Shown: piece after piece, positions 39,615 through 52,475 of the stretch | Position numbering within the stretch: position 1 is the first letter of the stretch | Layout of the letters: every line of letters begins with the position of its first letter | Origin: Eledone cirrhosa | Taxonomy: Eukaryota | Length of the DNA stretch: 64,000 nucleotides | Direction: 5' to 3' | Assembly (NCBI GenBank): GCA_964016885.1 | Contig: OZ024743.1 | Location: forward strand, 169,508,001-169,572,000 | Made by a program: the position numbers and the translations under genes | Notes under the pieces: generated by a model | Told to the model about the DNA's origin: nothing | Seen by the model: only the letters and a program-made list of their open reading frames with translations | The model's database searches: none

Positions 39615-40274
39615 TTTTAATTATCGTGTCTATAGTCTGCCTTTCATAGGTTATAGATTCCATACACTGGTGGTTTTTTCCCTGTTTTATTGATAGCGCA
39701 CTGTATATCTCTCTCTGGTGTGTTACCTTTTCAACATATTGTATTTTAAAGAGCTCAGGATTTCTTCTCCTTTGAGCACATTATTTACAGGGAATAGCGA
39801 GCGCCTATGGCTCTGTTAATTTATCGTGATATTTCGCTCCTTATAACAGTCTTTCCTATCTCTGTTTGGTTGAGCACACTTCTCTGAGTGGTTTTGGGCT
39901 GCCCTTTCTAGCAGTTCGTCCCTCAGAGGCCACTGATTCACTGCCCTTAAACACGCTGTGACTTCTCTCTCCCACGTGTAGCTGGACAGTCACTTTTAAA
40001 ATTCTCTTAGTGTTGTCTGAAATGCATAGCCTGACACACGCTGATGAACCGAGGTTAATCCATTTCTTTCAACAAATTACTGGCGAAACATATCTTTGGA
40101 TTTGTATCTTTGGATTTGTACGTGTGTTATATAGTTATAAAGGTATTTATTTACGCTTTAGTTTATGTTTAATTATCATGTCTATAGTCTGCCTTTCATA
40201 GGTTATAGATTCCATACACTGGTGGTTTTTTTCCTTGTTTTATTGATAACGCTCTGGTGTGTTACCTTTTCAAC

Positions 40275-40280
<6 letters not shown>
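39615..40280 (+). mobile_element. Non-coding HHR mini-element, partial tandem, period about 552 bp
   Basis: tatagtctgcctttcatagg... at 39631 and 40183; HHR just before the second repeat. Confidence 0.7.
40034..40127 (+). ncRNA. Hammerhead, canonical core, 14-nt duplication in loop III
   Basis: acacacg CTGATGA acc...ggc GAAAC ... GTA cgtgtgt (7-bp stem I). Confidence 0.65.
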
Positions 40281-40322
<42 letters not shown>

Positions 40323-40405
40323 CATGTATGTGTGTGTGTATGTATATATATATACACACACACACGCACATACATGTATGTATGTATATATATATACACA
40401 CACAC

Positions 40406-40454
<49 letters not shown>

Positions 40455-40457
<3 letters not shown>

Positions 40458-40658
40458 CGAAGGAAATGTGGTAAGGAACCAGGTGGACCATAACGCACCA
40501 AAGTACTCAATACTTAGGGTAGTAGAGTTGGTAATAGGAACGAGTAGGACCCCGACAGCTGAGCTCAAGCTGTTTCCACGGCTAATTCTGGAATTAGCCG
40601 TCCAGAATTAGCCGTCGAAACGGCTTGAGCTCAGCCGTCTGGGTCCTACTCGTTCCTA
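40455..40658 (-). mobile_element. Palindromic HHR-derived mini-element, opposite orientation
   Basis: RC homologous to 27773-27967 with a different hairpin centre. Confidence 0.85.
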
Positions 40659-40669
40659 TATATATATAT

Positions 40670-40925
40670 AGTAATAATACGTCATATGTGGAGCGTGGTG
40701 AACAATTGCACGCAAAGACAAAACCACGCAAATGGTAATGAAGTCGTAGACTAAAATTCTAGCTAGGAAATCGAATGATTCTCCGCTTCAGAGTTAAGAA
40801 TAAAGTAAATAAAATACAGAGGTAATTGAAATTAAATAAATACATACACGCATCCAAATACGTACATACACAAGCATACGCAAAAACACTCGCCATAGGT
40901 ATACAAATACACGCACATATAAATA

Positions 40926-40957
<32 letters not shown>

Positions 40958-42753
40958 AATAATTAAATAAACGTATATAAATAAATAGATACGTATATAA
41001 GCACACACACATACCTACATGTAAATACACAAATGTTCGGAGACGTACGTCAACCAAAACACGAAGTACACATATACACACACCCTACATACGTACGAAC
41101 CTGCATACTCACACAGACGCAAAACTCACGTATATACATAACCAAAAGCATATGTACCAGAATATATAAATATACGCCATAACATATACAAGCAAATATA
41201 CGTACGAGAAAGTATACGTACCTTCACTAAACATACAGGTAATATATACTTACCTATGCAAATAAGTAATGGTATAAAAATAACATATACTTCGCTACCA
41301 CATCAAGACGTAAAATATCCGCGTATAGATCGTACTCTCCGTTAGGGTATAATGTGGGGCTGTAATACAGGAAAGTTTTGTGCAATTTATGTTTACAAGC
41401 CAAAATTGCCTCAGATTTTTTGTTTATGATGTGGTCTGTGGCGTAGAGTAGTTCCAGGGCCTCAGCGGCGCAGGGATCACATGGTCTTTTATTTCCGTTA
41501 TACGATCTAGCCCTAGCTAGGATCTCCCAGTGTAACTTATATTGGGTGTGGTTGTCTTTTAGACACCAGATATAAGCTGAAAGTCACGTCATATTCCTTC
41601 TTAGAGGGTAACGAAAAGAATGGGTATACATGTTAAGACGCTGCTTGAATCTATTGGCGGTTAACCCTATGTAGGCCCTACGGGACGTGGGTGTTTCAAC
41701 CTTACATTTGTAGGCAATGTTACTAGAGAGGCATTTCCCGGATAGGGGGCAATCAACCCGATTCCTACAATTACAGTTAGTACTAACTACAGGGTTGCAC
41801 GTGTTCCTACCGCTAGGTAGTTTACCTAAGTTTGAAGCTGTGATGTTATGTGCAAGGTTAGGAGTCGTAGAGTAAGAAATTTTAATAGTATTTCTATTAA
41901 AAATGTTACTATATTTATGTGTAGGGGGAAAATGCTTAGTAATAAGGGATAGAAAGATCTTAGCTAATGGTGTGGCCACCTCCATATTATATGGTGGGTT
42001 ATACCATATAATGTGTCGGGATCTGTTTCTTCTAGGTCTATTTTCGTACTCTGTATATGCTACCTTATCGACAAATCCACTCCGAGCAAGAGCTTCATTG
42101 TAATAAGTGGAATGGTCGTTGAAAATATGCTCGTTAGTAGATAGACGGGAAAGCCTCAACGAAACGTTTCTTACCAGGTTCTTGGTTATGCTGGCAGGAT
42201 GGTTGGAATGCCTACTTATGTAAGTAAGCGTATCATTCGGCTTTCTATACGGGTAATACAACCCATTCGATAAATTGAGGGTAACGTCGAGGTAATTAAC
42301 GACCGAGAGGTTGGCCTCAACCTGTATAGAGAGGTTGAAGCCTTTAAAGAAGGCTGTGAGTTATTTTCTGAACCTGTCGCAAGCACGAAGGCCGCACTTA
42401 GTCATGGTCAAAAGACCATCATCACGGTACAAACCACCGCCCACGTTGGGGAATTCGTCCTTGATAGAGAAAAGAAGGAAAAGGCCGATAAGATCAGAAA
42501 CCTCCGCAGAATTGCTGGCGCCCATACTCACGTCGAATGGGGTACTATTGGATTTTTTAATCCAAATAGAGTCGTTGAAATTAATCACCGACTTACGGGC
42601 TTAAAGGATGACATCAACTTCGAAATCCTTAACCACTGTGAGTGTTTTAGCGAAATTAATAGCTCTAAGGAGAAGTGGTAAAGTGATGGAGGAGTAGTAA
42701 TTATTGATGTCGAATTGGATAAAACGGCAATGTTCCTTGTTGCATATGCCGTT
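40670..42753 (-). mobile_element. Nematis-like PLE family A, third copy (truncated, stops)
   Basis: ORF pieces 41584-42261, 42361-42588 and 42601-42753 nearly match the family A protein. Confidence 0.9.
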
Positions 42754-44035
42754 GGTGGGTGAGAGTGATAGTAGTACTACTATGTGTGCGTGAGGGTAGT
42801 TAGCTGTGTAGACAGGCAGGTATGTGTGGGTGAGAGTGGCATGTGCGTATATATGTGTGTATGGAGTTATGTGTATGTGGGTGTAGAAAGCGTAGTAGAC
42901 ATGCGAGGGGGTATTGTCGGTGTGCGAGTGAGTGTATATACTGGTGTGTGTGTTTAGGGTGTAAGTGCGTGTGTGTTTTTGTGGTGTAAGGGTGGTAAAA
43001 GTAAAGGAAAAGGGTGGTTGTGTGTGGGGATTAGTTGTGTTAGTGGGGTGACGAGGTGTTGGCGTGTGTGGGTAGAGTTTAGTGGTGATAGTAGGGGGGT
43101 AACTGGTAGTCAAGGCTAAAGGAAGAGACAGTCAGTCGAGGGGCTAAAGGAAGAGGGGTGGGGAGTTCAACCCGGGGCGGTGCATGTCTGTTATTGGAAG
43201 ATGGTAATTTGTTCAGCCCTAAGTCGGGCATCAGGGGTTCCAGGGCACGCAATCAAGCCGTAGCCGGTCAAGTTACGAGTGGAGTGTCCGGCTGCGCTGA
43301 AGTGTCGGGCGATGGGGTAAAACGAGCCGAGGCGGATGTCGTGGAGATGCTCGTGAAGCGGTCGGCCAGACGGTGACAGGTCTGTCCGCAATAGGTCGCA
43401 CTGCACCCCGTACAGCGGAGTCCGTAGACATGGCTGGAGGATTTGCAGCGAAAGGAATACTGGACAGAAAGGGAGTGGCTGTTGGATCCCTGTGAGGTAT
43501 GGTGTTTTGTGATGTAGAGGCATATGTGACAGCGAGGTTGAGAGCAGGGAAGGGATCCGGGGAACAACAAGGATTGGGGGTGGAACCTGCGGACGAGGAG
43601 GTTGCGGAGGTTGCGTGCGCGTTTGAATAGGGGATGTGTGGGAGGGGTGGGTTCTTATTGGAGGCATCGGAAGAGGCGTAGGATCGTTCGTTGGAGGGAT
43701 AGAGTGGTTGGGTGGTAGGTGAGGGGGAAAGGGTGGGTGAGGGTGGTTGGACAAGGGAGGGGTAATTCCTCCGGATGAAATGACGGACCAGGGTCTCAAA
43801 GTCTGCATCTCGGCTACAAAGGTGGCGGATCCGGAGAAGTAGGGAATGGTATTTGGTGAGAGTGAGGAGGTAAAGTCGAAGTAGGATTGGGAGTCGGTGG
43901 GTTTGAAGAAAGCGGACGTGGTGAGTGAGTGATGTGACGGAGGTGATGAAGAGATGCAGGTAATGAAGTCAATATAATAACCGTATAGCTCTGAGCCTCA
44001 AAATGGCCAACGAAAAGGTTGTCATAGTATACAGC
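42754..44035 (-). mobile_element. Neptune-like PLE fragment (decayed RT end, GIY-YIG, 3' UTR)
   Basis: MAVYYDNLFVGHFE; FRCKSSSHVYGLRCTGCSATYCGQT..RLADRF / HEHL..IARHF..HS. Confidence 0.75.
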
Positions 44036-44099
44036 CATACACACACACACATATATATACATATATATATATATATATATTTACATATATATATATATA

Positions 44100-44275
44100 A
44101 TTGTTTCTACTTTAGGCACAAGGCCAGCAATTACCCAGTGCATTACTGGTACTTTATTTTATCGACCCCGTAAGGATGAAAGGCAAAGTCAACCTCGGCG
44201 GGATTTGAACTCAGATCGTAAAGGGACTTAACTATGCTGGAAAGCATGGCGTCCGACCCTCTACCGATACTGCCA
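44100..44275 (-). mobile_element. tRNA-derived SINE with Nin/Deu-like core
   Basis: RC has A box tggcagtatcgg, B box gagttcaaatcc, then gccgaggttgactttgcctttcatcc...gggtcgataaa. Confidence 0.8.
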
Positions 44276-45032
44276 TATATATATATATATATATATGTAA
44301 TAAACAATACAATATAATTACCTCATTACCAGAGGTTTCCCGAATAAGACGAATACGAAAAACGTCCTCATTCGTCCGTCGGACAAGGCAATTTAAAACA
44401 TAGTGAAATATTTGAAAAGTCTCCTCAAGAAATGCAAGAGTTTAACGGGCAAAAAATGTATAAATAAGAGTAATGCAAGAGATATATAAAAAAAATAAGG
44501 AAATATAGTTAGGGTATGTGTATATGTATGTATATACACTCACAAATGTACATATGTGTGTATGTACAAATGCATGTGTATGGTGAAAATGTGTGCGTAA
44601 GTACATATATGAGGGCAAGTATATTTGTGTATGTGTGACCACAAATACGTATATAATATCAGTTGAAAAAGAAATTGTATGATAATATAATTAACACGCA
44701 TCCAGATACAGGTATTAAATACACATACGTGTATGAAAGCACGCGTATAAAAACACACACACGCGCGGTCACTTATATGCGGAAGATAAAGAGGGAAAGT
44801 GGGTGTAATAGTAAAAAGAAATGTCATTCTCGATATATGTATAAAAATGAAACAATATATGAAAATGAAACATTTTTTTTAAATCAAAGAGAAAGTAATC
44901 AATTAACACTAGAGAAAAGAAAACAAACATAGGTACGCACGTACACACACACATATATATAAAAAAATATTTATACACACAAATACGTAGACAAAAGCGT
45001 ATGCATGCGTACATACATACACACGAGGCACG

Positions 45033-45063
<31 letters not shown>

Positions 45064-45644
45064 CCACATGTATATCTAATCACACGTACGTACGCGACTA
45101 TATATATATATATACATATATACATACACAACCATACATACATATAAATATACACACATATACATACACATACACATACATTCACCCGCATACACACACA
45201 CGTATAAATAAGTATGTAAAAAACCTAGATATAAAAAAACACACATACACTCACATATATATACGTACGCACGCACGCACACATACGGAGGCGTTCGTAT
45301 ACATATACAGAATGTATACACAGATAAGCACACTCACACACATAGATACAGATTATAAGCCAGCCGTATGAATAATATATCTGGAGTGGAAAACGCAAGT
45401 GATATGTAATATCAGGTAGTGAAAGAAAATGGGGAAGTAAAATGTGGAATGTGAAGATATTAGGTAAGTGAATCGAAAAGTAGGGGGGGTTACTGGTGGA
45501 TATTAGGTAAGTGAATCGAAAAGTAGGGGGGGGTTACTGTGAAGTAAAAATAAAAATAAAATTAAAAATAAAGTTAAAAATGAAAGTAAATTAGAAATAG
45601 AAGTCTGTAAAGAGGATAATTTAAGGAAAGTGAAGAATAAGAGT

Positions 45645-47430
45645 TTATGGAGGATAAGTAACTGAAAGTGAGTTAAGTTTATATGAGCTGGAAAGCAAGT
45701 GTGATTTCATATGTGGGCAACTGGTGAAAATTTCTGTTTTTGTATTTAGGCAGGTTTTTGGTGATTTAAGGTTCTGTAAAATCCAATATTTTTCACTTAT
45801 GCAGAGTGTGCATCTTCTTGTTCCTCTTGTATATTCTTTAGATTGGTTCAAAATTGACCAATCCAATTTATACTGGATACCTTGGTCTTTCAAACCCCAT
45901 ATCTGCTAGCCAGAGCTGATGTGAATCTTTTTTCTGGATGTCGGAAAGATGCGACATGTGAGTAATAACGCGTTTTGAATTTGTCTTGTGTCATACCCAC
46001 GTATCGTTCCCTGGTGGCTGGTTGGTTGTTGCTGATGGTTGTCACTTTAGCCGCATATACAATGGCTTTGGTGTTGCATTTACCTTGTAATGGGCATTCA
46101 CTTTTGACTCTACAGGAGCAATTTTGATGTTTTCTGGGTGATTTCTTATTAATGATATAAGATTTAATAGGGGAACCGCAGGAGTAGCTAATTTTGACAA
46201 AGTTTCTATTGAAGATCTTATAGTATCTATGTGTTCTAGGGAAATGTTTATCTAAGAGCTCTGGGAATGTTTTGCCTACATTAGTTTTAACTGCTAGTGA
46301 GTAGGGGCATGTGAACCAGATTATTTTTCTTTTCCTATTATTATGTTTAAAAGAGTTAGTATTGTTGGGTATGTACTTAATCGGTTCGCTAAATCCGTTA
46401 TTTTGAAGGGCTTTATTATAGTAGGGGGATGCCTTATTGAAAATAGCCTCTGAGGAAGAGAGGGTGGAGATCCTACGGCTAATATTAGGGATAAGGTTTT
46501 TAAAAACTATAGGAGGATGGCAAGAGCCTTTATTTATATATTTTAAATTTTCATTGGGTTTATGGTATGGTTTATAAGAAGCAGTAGGCAGATCTAGGTT
46601 TATATCTAGAAAATTAACATTGGAAAGGTTAGTGTCAATAGTGATTTTAAGATTAAAACTAGCGAAGGTTTTTATTAAGTCTTTCCTTAATCTATCTAAG
46701 TTATGGCCTATGGTGGTATGGGAAAGTATTAGACCATCGTCGCGATAAAGCCCAAAAATATGGTTAGGGAATTTTTCTTTAAGTGTGTGTAGGAGGAATA
46801 GGCAGACTAAATCACAAACATCAGCACTGTCAAAAGAACCCATTGAGACATCGAATGGGTTCTCTGGGTTAGATATTTTTACCCAAGTGTCATTATCAGT
46901 AAAGAGTAGAGTGTTTCTAGCATGCAAGATGACATTCTCCTCAATATCAGAAATATTGGTAAACTTTCTAGCGAAATTTAAGGCTTTCGCTAAAAGAGTC
47001 TGAGTGATAGACGGGTAGAAATCTACAATGTCAAATTGGGTGAATCTAGAACTATTTTTATCTTTAATATTATTAAACCAATGTACTACGGAAGAGCTAT
47101 TTATCCATTGGAGTAATTCTGACTTACTTCTAATCTGTGTGTTTATATTAATTAAAATATTTTTGCTGGCAAGACCGATATCAGTCTTAGCAGGGTTGAT
47201 TAATCTAAACTAGGACGATTAATAAAGTCAGGTTTGTGATCTTTAAGGGAGATATATGCATTACGTTTAGCAAGTTTTTCTGTCCTATTACCTATTTTTA
47301 AAGAACTAGCTAATTCTTTAGCTTCCTTATTTATATTATTATACGTGTTTATATTAGCTATTTGGTATTTAGACGTGATGTTATCTATTAAGAGTTGGCC
47401 ATGTAAATTATTATTAACTTCGTATAAGTT
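45645..47430 (-). pseudogene. Nematis-like PLE RT-GIY-YIG, frameshifted and 5'-truncated
   Basis: MGSFDSADVCDLV, LYRDDG, NFLDI, CSCRVKSECPLQGKC, IVYAA...YVGMT, CTLC..E..LN. Confidence 0.9.
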
Positions 47431-48272
47431 TTCGTTTCGTATGCGTTTCGTTTCGCTTTTTCTACACGCCGAAATGCGATTCTCGCTGAATTTATATTTG
47501 TATTAATCTCCCGAGTCTTACCATTAACCTGTTAATAATTCTATTGACAGATTAATTGCATAAGTTTATTTTAAAACTACTCGGTTGGGTGCTTATTCGA
47601 TTTGTGCTATTTATGCAATTTTTTTCATGATTTACACATACTGAATTCATTTGCCAAAATCTGCGGTTTTTCCCCTTGTGAGTTACGCATATGCTTTTAC
47701 AAAACCCTGCGTCATTCACAAAGTTGGCGCAGAGCAAAATACCTGTTGATAACGTGATATTCCTTGTTCGATCATTATACCAAAAGCTTATAGTTTTAAG
47801 CAGACAGTATTATTGATTTAGGTTTCATAGAAACCCTGCATTTGGATTTTACCATCAATTCCAATGGGTCCAGGTCGGTTATATATGTGTATATGTATAT
47901 ATATATATATATGATTTTATCATTTATTTTGTTTGACCTGTTTAGCTTGACTTGTTTTTTAGCTTAGGTGGTTAATGCCTTCTTAACAACATTTTCAGTT
48001 TTGTATGGCTTTTTAACATATATGTTTAGCTCTGGGTTTTTTAACTATTGAACGCTTGCCAGCATAACTCTGATTTTGCGTTTCGTTTCGCTTTTTCTAC
48101 CCGCCGAAATGCGCTTCTGGCTGAATTTATATTTACATATATGCATATGTATTGACATTTCGTATTTCTAAAGAAATACGGTATGTTTATTGATAAACAT
48201 TTAGAAAGACGTAGCTTTGCAAAACACCAGGGCTATCGCCACATGGCGGTGTCCAGCAGCAACAAGGGGGCA

Positions 48273-48316
48273 ATCGTTGATGCATTTCGAACTTAATTAA
48301 TACTCATCAGGACGAT
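48273..48316 (-). ncRNA. Minimal hammerhead, canonical core, eroded stems
   Basis: RC: atcgtc CTGATGA gtattaattaagttc GAAAT gc ATC aacgat. Confidence 0.6.
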
Positions 48317-48619
48317 CCCTCCCACCCTTGCGACTGCTGAACTTGAAAACAGGCGAGAATATATGGTTTTCTCCTCTGTGTAAATGAGGTGATTAATCTC
48401 ACTTGCATATGAAGCTGCATACGTTGGCTCAACTTAGAATAGAATTAGGATTTAGCTTCATGCATAGCTGTATACAGATATGTATTCGAATTTCGTATTT
48501 CTAAAGAAATATACGAGTGGGAGGGAGAAAGAATGGATACTCTGTCGAGTGAAGTGTTTTTTTAAACTATCGTTCTGGAGAATTGTGTGTGTGTGTACGT
48601 TTATGTATATGCCACTGAT

Positions 48620-49335
48620 TTCTAACTTTTGAGGTAAATTTTACTTGACGCCGCCATTGACTGTCTTTTGCTCTTTTAACAGCTTCCTTGCCCTGAATCC
48701 TTCCAATTACTATATGAATTCTAATAGACTCGCGTTTCAAACTCGATATTCGAGATACATTTGTTCATATTTATCATAGCTATCGTAGCTTTCTATTCCG
48801 GACTGATTCCATGCCTGAGGCATGTAGGCATTTTCTTCCCTCTTCCTTCCTTTCATTCTTTCTCTCCCTCCTAGCTCGCTCTTCCCTTCCTCTTACTGCT
48901 TCTTTTCGTTCTTTCTCTCTTAGCTTAGAGAGCCATTGTACTCCCCTTTCTTACAGTGACTTGATGCACTTCATTCTTCTCTCTCTTTAACCTGTCTGTC
49001 TGCCTATCAATCTATTCGTTTATCCCACAAACATTATTCAAACAGAGATATTTATTTCTCTGTTGTTACGAGTTGTCTATCTTTCGTGGTCCTTTTAGTT
49101 AAATCGCTGAAACCACAAGTGGTCAAAAATCTGATGAGAAAATTTAATGTTTGTGAGATCCCATCTCCTCTAGTTTATCACTTTCTCATTCCTTCCTATC
49201 GCTTCTACGAGCCAACACACTTCTAGCCACGGAATTCTATCCTTTGAGGTAAATTTTACCCGACACCACCATTGACAGCATTTTGCTGTTTTAACAGCTT
49301 CCTTGCTCTGAGTCCTTCCAATTACTATATGAATA
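48620..49335 (+). repeat. Partial tandem, period about 615 bp, with HHR 3' half
   Basis: tttgaggtaaatttta...ccttccaattactatatgaat at about 48628 and 49243; GAAAC cacaagtg GTC near 49109. Confidence 0.6.
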
Positions 49336-49833
49336 TATATATATATATGTGTGTGTGTAAAATGTTACCCGTAGAAAAGGGAAAGGAAAGAAGAGTGCTC
49401 TATGTATTGTACAGAGCTATTTATTATTTATGTAAATATATATATTTATATATATATATATATATATGTGTGTGTGAGTGTGTGTGTGTGTGTGTGTGTA
49501 TGTGTGTGTGTGTGTGTGCGCGTGTGCGCGTGTGTGCGTGTGCGTGTGTGTAAAAGGTAAACAGAAATAACAACACATTCAGTACAGTATATGGAAGGGA
49601 TATATTAGGTTAACGTTTGATATAGCAGGAAGAGGGTCTTAACTTTTCGAACGTTAGTGTCTTTCAAAGAATGAGAAATAAGATAGATTGAGGGGATGGG
49701 TGGGTTGGGATTGGAAAAATGTCTTTAGATAAAAATAACAGGTCCATTCATGTTGACATCTCTTGCAAAACTGTTGGTGGTGGCGTTTTGTGTATGATTT
49801 ATTTTTTAGAAAAGTGGATGATGGAGCGCGTCC

Positions 49834-50150
49834 AGATTAAAGTTTAAGCAAAGAATCGCTGCTTTCACCCTTAACGGGATCTTCTGAAACAAAAAAATGA
49901 ATCTGTGGACGCAGAAGTAAATATTTCGAAAAACGTTACAACTGAAGCAAAACAGGAAGACGATACTTTGGTTCGTGAAGACGTTCCCTGGCAACGAACG
50001 GAAAAAACCAAACATAATACGTCGTTATGTGGAGCGGTGAGAACGATTTCACACAAAAACAAAAAACCCAAACCACGTTTATGGTATAAATGGAGTCATT
50101 AGACTAATATTCTATTCAGGAAACCGAATGATTCTCGGCTCCGGAGTTTA
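49834..50150 (-). mobile_element. Solo pLTR fragment of a family A relative, with the U4A motif at 49841-49890
   Basis: First about 57 bp identical to family A; remainder diverged. Confidence 0.8.
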
Positions 50151-50157
50151 AGAATAA

Positions 50158-50326
50158 TTGTTTCTACATTTGGCACAAGGCCAGCAAATTACCCAGTGCA
50201 TTACAGGTACTTATTTATTTTATCGACCCCGTAAGGTTGAAAGGCAAAGTTAACCTCAGACCGTAAAGGGACATAACTATACTGGAAAGCATGGCGTCCG
50301 ACCCTCTAACGATACTGCCAATTCAC
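50158..50326 (-). mobile_element. tRNA-derived SINE
   Basis: Homologous to 44100-44275, with an internal deletion over the B box. Confidence 0.8.
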
Positions 50327-50327
50327 C

Positions 50328-50504
50328 GGCGGAAAGTGGGGCTGTGCAGCCTCCTCCCCCTAATTCCCTCTAAATGACCCTCCCGGTCAAAGCCGCATGT
50401 AGTGTTATCTAGGAGTTTAAGAATAATGTAAATAAATTGTTGTGTTTGTGTGTATATATGTATATGTTTATGTGTGTATATATGTATGTGTATGTGTGTG
50501 TATA

Positions 50505-50535
<31 letters not shown>

Positions 50536-50960
50536 TGTGTCTGTGTGTGGATGCATGGGTATGTGTGTATGTGGTTGTGTATGTATCTGTATTATGTATA
50601 TGATTATATTTGTGTGTGTATATATAGAAATATTTATATATATTTTTTGTTGTGTATGTGTATGTATTGGTGTATGTATGTATGTATATGCGTGTGTGTA
50701 TATTTATATGTTTATAATTTTATATATATACACCATGGGCGAAGAGTGGGTGCATGCAACGCATGCAGTGCATGGGTTATAGAATCTTGAGTTGATCAAT
50801 TGCGTCGGTTAAAGCAAGCAGAATTTTGGCTGCTTACTATATAGTAGACACATAAAAAGATAACACACACACACTAGATACAACTACATGCGGCTTTGAG
50901 CGGGAGGGTCATTTAGAGGGAATGGGGGGGGGGTAAGGCTGCAGAGCCCCACTTTCCGCC
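50328..50960. mobile_element. MITE-like element with about 85-bp imperfect TIRs
   Basis: ggcggaaagtggggct...gtagtgttatctag versus ctagatacaactac...agccccactttccgcc. Confidence 0.65.
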
Positions 50961-51656
50961 ATGGCGATTGGACTGCATGCCCTGCTTTCCAGGTTACCCT
51001 TCGCCACTGATATACACATATATGTATGTATATGTGTATGTATGTGTGTGTATGTGTGTTCGCACGTATGTATGTACGTGTATATGTGTATGTATGTATT
51101 TAGGTATATGTATGTATGTTGAACATATGTGTATTATGCATAGGTATGTGTGTATGTGTATATGTATGTATATATATATATATATATATTTATATATGCA
51201 TATATGATTATATGTATACTCACATATAATCATATATGCATATATATCACAATTTAGGTGTATACGATCGTATGCGCACGGGTAAATGCGTATATATGAG
51301 CCTGGTATACGTATGCGTGTGCGAGTTTATGCGTATATGCATGTATATGTATGAACGGCGGATCATCACGTGTACCAAATACTTATTTATGTATTTATTT
51401 ATGTATTTATGTATTTATTTATGTATTTATTTACTCGCTTTACTCTCATTATATACTTATCATTGTACTCATTAGCACACGACTCTAGAATATTACTCTC
51501 TGTACCCATGTATCTGTTCATCTTTCTTCACTCCCCCTATCCCCCTAAGAATCACACAACACCAGTGTGAATAACTAGTAATCGTTTGGTATATACGATG
51601 GGCAGCCGGCGGTGGCGGACTTCCCGCTAGCACACCCGACGCTTAAGACAGTTACA

Positions 51657-52022
51657 TTCTTGGAAAGAAAGTAGCATGGAAGAGCAATCATGAAAGATTA
51701 CTGAATGAGGAGAATGCATGGGAGAAAGGGACCCTACCCTAAGTGAACCCATCAGAGAGCACAGCCGTACAAGTCAGCAGAAGTGTAGTAAGTAAGACAA
51801 TTCAGGACATGAAGACTTGGAAAGCAGCCGGTCCATCAAGGGTAACTGCCGAGATGCTGAATGCATCACCTTAACCACTCGTATTGTAAACGAAGTAATA
51901 CAAAATGGTGTCCTACTAAATGATTGGCACAGCAGCATCATTATCAACTGCACCAGACAGAGGAAACTATAGAGCCATTACGTTGATGTACCAGGTAACA
52001 GAAAGTGTTATAGCACAGATGG
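51657..52022 (+). mobile_element. RTE-type LINE fragment
   Basis: Near-identical to about 61200-61800 minus that copy's insertion. Confidence 0.85.
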
Positions 52023-52157
52023 ACATAAGTAGGCTTAATAATCAACACTTGAGGGCGGCCGACCAGAGTAGAAGCTGCTGAATGTTCGGTCGCCCTCATG
52101 TCTCTGCTTTTTCAACCTCATGGATTTTGTCTATTGTATTCCTTTGTTATATTTCAA

Positions 52158-52215
52158 ATACCTGATGATGTCACCGGATTCATACTGAACCCGGTCATTG
52201 AAATGATCATAGTTA
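52158..52215 (+). ncRNA. Hammerhead motif, canonical core, weak stem I
   Basis: ac CTGATGA tgtcaccgg...ccggtcatt GAAAT gatc ATA gt. Confidence 0.5.
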
Positions 52216-52475
52216 TATACAAATATTTTTTTCCGACCAACCATACCGGGGTCGAGAGTACCTTAGACGACTGGAAAATGGAATTACCGAGCTTAGGGAA
52301 TCTACAGGAATACTCGTCCATGCCGACAAAACCAACAACCTTTACAGTATGGACGTTCAAATTTACCATGAGCTAATCCTCAGGGAATTGAGAAAAAGCT
52401 ACAAAAAAACGCCCGAGGCTACCCTGGAGGATATCAACATCAAGGCTTATGAGATCGTATCTGGTCTTGGTATAG

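Noticed and set aside
44180-44275. tRNA gene
   Set aside because: A and B boxes belong to a SINE head; no full cloverleaf
44320-44430. Minus-strand GAAAC ctctg GTA with upstream TTGAGGA
   Set aside because: Core unpaired at 3-8 and stems do not close convincingly
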